Origin: an uncultured Thermodesulfobacterium sp.
GTDB lineage: Bacteria; Desulfobacterota; Thermodesulfobacteria; Thermodesulfobacteriales; Thermodesulfobacteriaceae
DNA length: 64,000 bases
Reading direction: 5' to 3'
Assembly (NCBI GenBank): GCA_938091335.1
Contig: CALLJG010000011.1
Coordinates: 1,245-65,244, forward strand
Every line of letters begins with the position of its first letter. Within the stretch, counting starts at the first letter, position 1. Position numbers and translations under genes: made by a program. The notes under the pieces were generated by a model, which did not search any database, was not told the DNA's origin, and worked only from the letters and a program-made list of their open reading frames with translations. This document shows, one piece after another, positions 58,089 to 64,000 of this stretch.

Positions 58089-58580
58089 TTATTGATTTAA
58101 TTCCCAAGCTATTATTAGGGCAATAGCAAGAGCATCCATTTTATGAGGATCTGGTTTAAGGTCTTTTTTTACTTTGATAATTTTTTCTTTTATAAGTAAA
58201 TTTAAGAGATGAGAAAGTTCTTCTTTTTTAGATTTTCCATATTGAGTAAAAAATTTTTTTATTTCTAAAGGATGATAAACTTTTATAGGAATTTGGTAAA
58301 GACCAGCTATAATCAATGCAATAGCTTGAGCTTGAGCAAGTTTGGTCCCTGCTTTTGAATAAGGTTTAACAAAAATATCTTCTACTCCTATTATATCTGG
58401 TTTTAATTTTTTAATTGTATCTTTTAAGGAATTAAAAAGATAAGTAAGTTTTTCTACATCTGTTTTTAATTTATCAGTAGTAAAAGTGTCCCATATTTTT
58501 AATTCTGGAATTCCATTTTTAACTTTTAAAAAAGCAAAAGCCAAGTTATGAAGTCCTGGATCAATTCCTAAAATTTTCAT
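58089..58580 (-). CDS. ruvC: Crossover junction endodeoxyribonuclease RuvC
   Basis: MKILGIDPGL (catalytic Asp), VEDIF, and a C-terminal HKMDALAIAL. Confidence 0.9.
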   Translation of the reverse strand: MKILGIDPGLHNLAFAFLKVKNGIPELKIWDTFTTDKLKTDVEKLTYLFNSLKDTIKKLKPDIIGVEDIFVKPYSKAGTKLAQAQAIALIIAGLYQIPIKVYHPLEIKKFFTQYGKSKKEELSHLLNLLIKEKIIKVKKDLKPDPHKMDALAIALIIAWELNQ

Positions 58581-59326
58581 CTGCTTAAATTTTCCATAAT
58601 GGTTTCTGGAATATCAAAGTTAGCATATATTTGTTGAACATCTTCTAAATCATCCAGAGCTTCCATAAGTTTTAAAAGATTAGAAGCTATTGATTCATCT
58701 TTAACTGGGACAATAGATTTTGGAACCATGGTAATTTTAGCAGAGATTATTTCAATATCCGCTGATTCAAGAGCATTTTTTACTTTTTCAAATTGAGCAG
58801 GATCAGTAATAACTTCTATCTCACTTTCATATTCCTTAGTGTCTTCTGCTCCTTCTTCTATAGCTATTTCCAAAACTTTATCTTCATCTTTCTTAGAGAC
58901 TACTATAAGACCTTTTTGTTCAAATATCCAAGATACAGCTCCTGGTTCTGCGAGACTTCCTCCAAATTTACTAAAAATATGTCTCAATTCAGAAACAGTT
59001 CTTCTTCTATTATCAGTAATAGCATTAATTAAAATAGCAACCCCACCAGGGCCATAACCTTCAAAAATAACTTCTTCATATTGAATCCCCTCTTCTAAAC
59101 CGAGAGCTTTTTTAATAGCTCTTTCTATATTTTCTTTTGGCATATGAGCTGCTTTTGCTACTTGAATAGCATTTCTTAATCGAGGATTTATCTCAGGATC
59201 CCCACTTCCTCCAGTTTTTACTGCTACCATAATTTCTCTAATAAGTTTTGTAAAAAGTTGTCCTCTTTTTGCATCTTGAACTGCTTTTTTTCTTTTTATT
59301 TGAGCCCAATGAGAATGTCCAGCCAT
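58577..59326 (-). CDS. yebC: YebC/PmpR-family transcriptional regulator
   Basis: MAGHSHWAQIKRKKA at the N-terminus. It occupies the classic position upstream of ruvC. Confidence 0.9.
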   Translation of the reverse strand: MAGHSHWAQIKRKKAVQDAKRGQLFTKLIREIMVAVKTGGSGDPEINPRLRNAIQVAKAAHMPKENIERAIKKALGLEEGIQYEEVIFEGYGPGGVAILINAITDNRRRTVSELRHIFSKFGGSLAEPGAVSWIFEQKGLIVVSKKDEDKVLEIAIEEGAEDTKEYESEIEVITDPAQFEKVKNALESADIEIISAKITMVPKSIVPVKDESIASNLLKLMEALDDLEDVQQIYANFDIPETIMENLSR

Positions 59327-59376
59327 AGACTTTACTCCTCTTTTAGGCTGATTTTTTACTTAAAGTATACTTAGTC

Positions 59377-59404
59377 TTGTAAAAATTTCAAATTTTATTA
59401 GAAT
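59377..59404 (+). promoter_or_regulatory. Possible sigma-70 promoter for tRNA-Leu (TTGTAA-N16-TAGAAT)
   Basis: The hexamers are at 59377-59382 and 59399-59404, about 20 nt upstream of the mature tRNA 5' end. The AT-rich context makes this tentative. Confidence 0.3.
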
Positions 59405-59423
59405 ATATTTCAGTTTTGAAATA

Positions 59424-59508
59424 GCCGAGGTGGCGGAATTGGAAGACGCGGTGGACTCAAAATCCACTGGGGTTTAGCCCCGTGCGGGTTCGAGTCCCGC
59501 CCTCGGCA
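59424..59508 (+). tRNA. tRNA-Leu (anticodon CAA), long variable arm
   Basis: GCCGAGGTGGCGGAATTGGAAGACGCGGTGGACTCAAAATCCACTGGGGTTTAGCCCCGTGCGGGTTCGAGTCCCGCCCTCGGCA. The anticodon loop is CTCAAAA. Confidence 0.9.
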
Positions 59509-59562
59509 TTGGAATTTATAGAGTATAGGTTTTTCTCTACTAAAAAATTATGAAAAAAATTA

Positions 59563-60393
59563 TTACTTCTTTTTAACAACTAAAACAGGACAAGTTGCTG
59601 TACCAATAACTCTTTCAGTAACACTACCTATAAAGAATTTTTCAATACCTGTCTTACCGTATACACCCATTACTATAAGACCCACATTATTTTTATTTGC
59701 TATGTTAACAATCTGTTCAAAAGGCTCTCCCTTTTCAACAACTATTTGAATTTTCACACCTTCACGCTCTGCAGCCTCTTTAACTGTTTTTACTGACTCT
59801 TCTGCATAAAGAATATTTTCATCCTTTTTTGCAACTGAAACAGCAATAAGCTCGCTGTTAAATCTTTTTGCCATGCCTATTGCTTCAGAGGCGGCTATGT
59901 TACTATATACTGAGCCATCAGTTGCAATAAGTATCTTGTCAAATTTAAGAGTTGTTCCAATAGGAATTACTAAAATTTTGCAAGGAGCATTTCTAATTAC
60001 TTTTTTGCCAACGGCACCAAGCATTAAACCTTTTCTACCAAGAACTATAATATCAACACTGTTTTTTATTGCTTCATCAATTATGTATTTATAAGGTTCT
60101 GATCCTATATAACTTATAGTTTCACATTTTACCCCAGCCTTATCTGCAATTTCTTTTACCTTCTCAAGAACTTGTTTTGCTCTTTTTTCCATTATCTCAA
60201 TTACCTGTGGAAGGGTTTCAATAAACTCTGCTGCAAAAGTTGGTACTTCTGCAACACATATACCATAAACTGTACTTCCACAAGTTTTTGCAAGCTCAAT
60301 AGCTGCCTGTGCTGCAGATTTTGCTGCCTCAGAGCCATCTGTGGCTACAAGTATTTTATCTACCTTTATTAAAGGACAAGGTCCAATTGACAT
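59563..60393 (-). CDS. Tandem universal stress protein (two UspA domains)
   Basis: Two repeats, each starting ILVATDGS / ILIATDGS and ending in a G-x2-G-x9-GSV-type ATP-binding motif (GVYGKTGIEKFFIGSVTERV). 276 aa. Confidence 0.85.
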   Translation of the reverse strand: MSIGPCPLIKVDKILVATDGSEAAKSAAQAAIELAKTCGSTVYGICVAEVPTFAAEFIETLPQVIEIMEKRAKQVLEKVKEIADKAGVKCETISYIGSEPYKYIIDEAIKNSVDIIVLGRKGLMLGAVGKKVIRNAPCKILVIPIGTTLKFDKILIATDGSVYSNIAASEAIGMAKRFNSELIAVSVAKKDENILYAEESVKTVKEAAEREGVKIQIVVEKGEPFEQIVNIANKNNVGLIVMGVYGKTGIEKFFIGSVTERVIGTATCPVLVVKKK

Positions 60394-60394
60394 C

Positions 60395-61141
60395 TTATAC
60401 CTCCTTTTTTACTTTTGCTTTTTTTGTAGAAAGACCTAAACCTTCAAATAAATACAAAACCCCAAAACCATACCAAATTGTATAAAGAACATAAAAAATA
60501 AGAAGACCTGCAGCAAGCCCTACCTTTTCAGAAATTTTTATAGCTTGTATTCCATAAAAATTATATGCAGGTTCAATAGCTTTTATCATAACATTTTTTA
60601 CCACAGTAGCCTCTTGTACCTTTTTCTCAAGTATAAATTTTTTATGTATTTCACTAAATGCATTATGCCACTGCCTAAACATTTGTTTCATTTTTTCATC
60701 ATCTGTAACTCCATATTTTTTCTTTATATAATCTCCGTTGTTATGGTACATTTGATCTGAATCTTCAAGAGCAGCAGCCATAATAGCTCCCAAATCAGCT
60801 ATTATATGAACTTTTGAACCTTCTACTTCTGCTTTAGCTCCATTTGTCATAAAGACCTTAGCAATTCTTTCTGCTCTTTTTTCTGCATCACCAGGCGTAT
60901 CTGTAGGTTTCTTTACATCAATCACTATATCAAGTACTTTACCTTTAAAATTTTCAACATCTTTCTTTAACTTTGGAATATGATAACAAGAACCTTTAGC
61001 TAATTTGTTAAATAACTCATCAGCATATTCCAATCCATTTAAACCACCAGGAAATAAGGGTGAAAATATTAATATAAGTACACCAATAAAGCTTATCAGT
61101 AAAATTAATCCCCATGTGAAATGTTTTTTCTCAGTAACCAT
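60395..61141 (-). CDS. Hypothetical bitopic membrane protein (N- and C-terminal TM helices, soluble core of about 170 aa)
   Basis: TM1 is WGLILLISFIGVLILIFSPLF. TM2 (or TM2 plus TM3) is VGLAAGLLIFYVLYTIWYGFGVLYLF. I recognise no family. Gaps to both neighbours are 1-2 nt. Confidence 0.5.
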   Translation of the reverse strand: MVTEKKHFTWGLILLISFIGVLILIFSPLFPGGLNGLEYADELFNKLAKGSCYHIPKLKKDVENFKGKVLDIVIDVKKPTDTPGDAEKRAERIAKVFMTNGAKAEVEGSKVHIIADLGAIMAAALEDSDQMYHNNGDYIKKKYGVTDDEKMKQMFRQWHNAFSEIHKKFILEKKVQEATVVKNVMIKAIEPAYNFYGIQAIKISEKVGLAAGLLIFYVLYTIWYGFGVLYLFEGLGLSTKKAKVKKEV

Positions 61142-61143
61142 AG

Positions 61144-62400
61144 CTATACCTCCTCTCTTAGAGTTTTTAAGTTTTTAAAGAAACTACTTAAAACCCAAAG
61201 TGCAAACGCTGCAATTGCAGCCCAGAAAATGATATTTCCAATAAGTATTATAGTGTCACATATTGATTTAGAAATTGTCCACAATTCAAGACTTCTTAAT
61301 TTATCAGGAACAACACTTGCTCTATTTGCAAAACCTGCTAAAATTGTAAGTACCCAAAAACCTCTAATAACCATTCCAGGAACAACCTTTGTTGTAAGAG
61401 CACCAATCTGAATTCCAATAAGTGAACCTAAAAGAAGACCCATTGCAAGTGTATAGAAAACATATCCATAAATTGCATATTGAGTTATTGATGAATAACC
61501 TGCAGTAAATATTATTTGTAATAAATCCGTTCCAACTGTAGTAGGTGTGGATACCCCTAGTACATACACAAAAAGTGGAAAGGTTATAAAACCACCACCA
61601 ACTCCCATAACTGCTGCAAGAAGACCAACTAAGAACCCACACATACTAACAAATAACCAAGATATTCTTCTTCCTCCAAAATCTTCATCAAAATAAATCA
61701 TAGGAGGAATTTTAATTTTCTGGATATTAAGTGCAAGTTGTGTTGTTGTCAAAGGCGCACCATGTACATCTGCACTCACTGTTATACCTTTTTTACGAGC
61801 TATACTAAGTTTTATATAGTCTCTTAAACCATAAATTCCTAGAAACCCAAGTATGGAAGCATATATAACACTTATGAATGCCTCACTTAAAACAGGATTT
61901 ATGTTATAAATACTTCTTTGTATGTAACCTCCAGTTGTTGCACCTAAAACAGAACCAAGAACAAAGGCAATTGCTAATCCAACACATACATTACCAAGCT
62001 TTTTATGAACAATAGTTCCCATAATAGCTTTTGCAAAGATATGAAACTGATCAGTTCCAACTGCTAAAATTCCTTTAACACCTGCTGCCATAAGAGCCGG
62101 TGTAATAATAAAGCCTCCACCAGCTCCTATACACCCTGTAATTAAGCCTGCTGCAAAACCTACTGTTATCGAGGCTATAAATATTGTTGTAGTGTAATGA
62201 GCTGGTGCATAAGCTGCTTTACCACCAAGAATATCTGCTGCACAAAGAAGAGATACTATAAGAATTGGAGAAAGAAGAGCAATTAAAATTAATAATCTCT
62301 TTTTGTTTTTTAAAATATTATCTGCCATCTGTTTTTCCCATCGGGCCTGATATATTGCCCCAGCCATCATAAATTCATAAACTTTTCTTAACTTACTCAT
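61144..62400 (-). CDS. TSUP (TauE/SafE) family anion permease, long form (418 aa)
   Basis: Two internal repeats each carry the TSUP glycine motif (GCIGAGGGFIITP and AVMGVGGGFITFP). They are separated by a hydrophilic loop of about 60 aa. A GAGGGGGG RBS lies upstream. Confidence 0.8.
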   Translation of the reverse strand: MSKLRKVYEFMMAGAIYQARWEKQMADNILKNKKRLLILIALLSPILIVSLLCAADILGGKAAYAPAHYTTTIFIASITVGFAAGLITGCIGAGGGFIITPALMAAGVKGILAVGTDQFHIFAKAIMGTIVHKKLGNVCVGLAIAFVLGSVLGATTGGYIQRSIYNINPVLSEAFISVIYASILGFLGIYGLRDYIKLSIARKKGITVSADVHGAPLTTTQLALNIQKIKIPPMIYFDEDFGGRRISWLFVSMCGFLVGLLAAVMGVGGGFITFPLFVYVLGVSTPTTVGTDLLQIIFTAGYSSITQYAIYGYVFYTLAMGLLLGSLIGIQIGALTTKVVPGMVIRGFWVLTILAGFANRASVVPDKLRSLELWTISKSICDTIILIGNIIFWAAIAAFALWVLSSFFKNLKTLREEV

Positions 62401-62570
62401 TTCACACCCCCCTCTTTTTAGTTCTTTTATTTTCCTTTTTTCTTGCTTTTTTCAGCTTTTTTCTAAGTCTGTTAAACTCTTTTGATTTAGAAAATTATAT
62501 TAATACAACCATATCTTTTATCTTCTTCAAACTTTTTTCGTTTACTTATTTTCGTTACTTATTTTTAAGT

Positions 62571-62587
62571 ATGCAACAAATATGCCA
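62571..62587 (-). promoter_or_regulatory. Sigma-54 (-24/-12) promoter: TGGCATATTTGTTGCAT
   Basis: The minus strand reads TGGCAT-N5-TTGCAT with exact GG-N10-GC spacing. It lies about 170 nt upstream of the TSUP gene ATG and directly downstream of a sigma-54 activator gene. Confidence 0.6.
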
Positions 62588-62638
62588 TATTAGAAATTTA
62601 GTAAAAATAAAGGTTCATTGATAAAAGTAAATATTTAT

Positions 62639-62655
62639 TGCAACATATAGTTGCA
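62639..62655. promoter_or_regulatory. Perfect palindrome TGCAAC-ATATA-GTTGCA, candidate enhancer (UAS) for the adjacent sigma-54 activator
   Basis: A 6+5+6 perfect inverted repeat centred about 70 bp upstream of the -24 element. A degenerate copy (AGCAAC-ATTTT-GTTTCA) sits at 62702-62718, about 63 bp further upstream. Confidence 0.4.
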
Positions 62656-62725
62656 TATTTAATCTTTAAAGAGATAAATTGTATAAAAAACGTTATAAAA
62701 AAGCAACATTTTGTTTCATTTAAAT

Positions 62726-64000
62726 TTATGTAGCAATTTTAAATTGTTTTAGTTTGCGTTGGAGTTGTTGGCGATGTATTCCAAGAATTTTTGCTGCTTT
62801 AGAGATATTACCTCTACTTTTTTGCAATGCTGACCAAATTAGTTCTTTTTCAAAATTATTAATTGCTTCTTTTAGTGTTCCCTGAAGAGGTTTTTTAGAG
62901 ATTGAATTTTTTTGTAAATAAGCTGGAAGATCCTTAACAGTTATCTCTGCAGAGTTTGTAAATGCAATTGCTCTTTCTATAATGTTTTCAAGTTCTCTTA
63001 TATTTCCTGGAAAAGAGTAATTCATTAAAACATCAAGAGCTTCATCTGTAATTCCTCTAACTTGAAGATCTTTTCTTTTCGAGGAATGTTTTTTTATAAA
63101 ATGTTCAACTAAAGCAGGAATATCTTCTTTTCTGCTTCTTAAAGGAGGGATTTCTATATGAATGACATTCAATCTATAAAAAAGATCTTCTCTAAAGGTG
63201 CCTTCTTTACATGCCTTAAGAAGATCTTTATTTGTAGCTGCGATGAATCTAACATCTACTTTTATATATGATGTTCCTCCTATTCTTATAAATTCACCTT
63301 CTTGAATCACTCTGAGGATTTTTGTTTGAAAAAGTGGTGACACATCTCCTATTTCATCAAAAAATAAGGTTCCTTCATTAGCCCATTCAATTAATCCTTT
63401 TTTTGTATAGTTTGCCCCTGTAAAAGCCCCTTTTTCAAAACCAAAAAGTTCTGATTCCAGTAAAGTATCTGGAATGGCTGTACAGTTTATAACAACAAAG
63501 GGCTTTTCTTTTCTTTCGCTTAATTTGTGAATTGCTCTTGCAACAAGCTCTTTACCTGTGCCTGACTCACCAGTAATAAGAACATTACTATCTGTAAGAG
63601 CTGCCTTTCTTATACCACAATAAACATTATCCATTATCTTGCTTGTACCTATTATTCCCTCTATTTCTATTTGTGGTTTATCTTTAAAATTTTCAAAAAT
63701 CTCTTTAAGCTCTTCACTTTTTAAGGGTTTTTGTAAAAAGTCTGTTGCGCCTAATTTCATTGATTTTATTGCCTTTTTAAGGTCAGAGTTGCCAAAAGTA
63801 ATTACTGGTATATATTGTTTTAGTTTCATTAGTCTGTTTTCCCATCCTTCTGTGTCTATATCAAGAAATGCTATATCATAAAAAGATAAATTTGAGAGGG
63901 TTTGTTTTTTTTGTTGAAAAGATTTTCTTAAAGTAATACCAATTGACTCAAAAATATCATAAAGCTTTTCTACTTCATCAGATATTACAAGAACATTAAA
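62726..64000 (-). CDS. Sigma-54-dependent response regulator (NtrC family: REC + AAA+ + Fis-type HTH); N-terminus runs off the window
   Basis: The frame stays open upstream of the tracked Met to nt 64000 (NVLVISDEVEKLYDIFE...YDIAFLDIDT is a receiver domain). Walker A is GESGTGKE, the GAFTGA loop is EKGAFTGA, and the C-terminal HTH is NISKAAKILGIHRQQLQRKLK. Confidence 0.9.
   Translation of the reverse strand, partial: FNVLVISDEVEKLYDIFESIGITLRKSFQQKKQTLSNLSFYDIAFLDIDTEGWENRLMKLKQYIPVITFGNSDLKKAIKSMKLGATDFLQKPLKSEELKEIFENFKDKPQIEIEGIIGTSKIMDNVYCGIRKAALTDSNVLITGESGTGKELVARAIHKLSERKEKPFVVINCTAIPDTLLESELFGFEKGAFTGANYTKKGLIEWANEGTLFFDEIGDVSPLFQTKILRVIQEGEFIRIGGTSYIKVDVRFIAATNKDLLKACKEGTFREDLFYRLNVIHIEIPPLRSRKEDIPALVEHFIKKHSSKRKDLQVRGITDEALDVLMNYSFPGNIRELENIIERAIAFTNSAEITVKDLPAYLQKNSISKKPLQGTLKEAINNFEKELIWSALQKSRGNISKAAKILGIHRQQLQRKLKQFKIAT

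Noticed and set aside
59424-62400. A possible genomic island inserted at tRNA-Leu, with an apparent higher G+C than its surroundings
   Set aside because: Sampled lines are about 35-40% G+C, which is also reached in conserved housekeeping genes such as surE. There is no integrase and no visible duplication of the tRNA 3' end. A proper sliding-window calculation is needed to settle it.
1-64000. CRISPR arrays, transposases, integrases, prophage or known defence-system genes
   Set aside because: I saw no regularly spaced direct repeats and no recombinase, transposase or phage structural signatures in any of the listed ORFs. I cannot exclude short degenerate repeats without a computational repeat search.

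Overview
AT-rich (roughly 30% G+C by eye) bacterial chromosomal segment. Genes are tightly packed, often with 4-bp ATGA start/stop overlaps. The structural RNAs (6 tRNAs and a type-A RNase P RNA) are far more GC-rich than the rest, which suggests a thermophile. Lys/Glu/Ile-rich proteins, rubredoxins, futalosine-type menaquinone genes, sigma-54 machinery and LPS genes fit an anaerobic diderm thermophile, possibly Thermodesulfobacteria-like, but that taxon call is inference only. Most of the window is housekeeping: ilvE, pstSCAB, argJ, surE, ribF, carA, prfB (with its programmed +1 frameshift), pheST, rplT, rpmI, panB, ruvB, ruvAC-yebC, purF, proS, lpxD, engB, mtaB, queH and pgsA. One accessory block (about 8.0-17.1 kb) is a very AT-rich surface-glycan/LPS-core cluster. 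It holds GT2/GT4 glycosyltransferases, two Kdo/WaaP-type kinases, an O-antigen-ligase-like protein, an ArnT-like GT-C enzyme and a multiply frameshifted AsnB-like pseudogene. I found no CRISPR array, transposase, integrase or prophage gene. The items most worth follow-up are: (1) a single ORF fusing a motif-complete PilZ (c-di-GMP receptor) domain to a full orotate phosphoribosyltransferase, translationally coupled to feoA upstream and pstS downstream; (2) a module at 59.5-64 kb with an NtrC-type activator, a near-consensus -24/-12 promoter and upstream palindromes, followed by a long TSUP (TauE/SafE) permease, an unrecognisable 248-aa two-TM protein and a tandem USP; (3) an AddB-like Fe-S nuclease preceded by a stand-alone RecB-type nuclease domain with no helicase partner nearby; (4) a chemoreceptor with a periplasmic CxxCH heme-c motif and a C-terminal CZB zinc domain; (5) a secreted Cys/Trp/Tyr-rich protein paired with a B12-binding radical-SAM enzyme. 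Two rubredoxin genes and the N-terminal exon of prfB are absent from the supplied ORF track and were found by reading the sequence.
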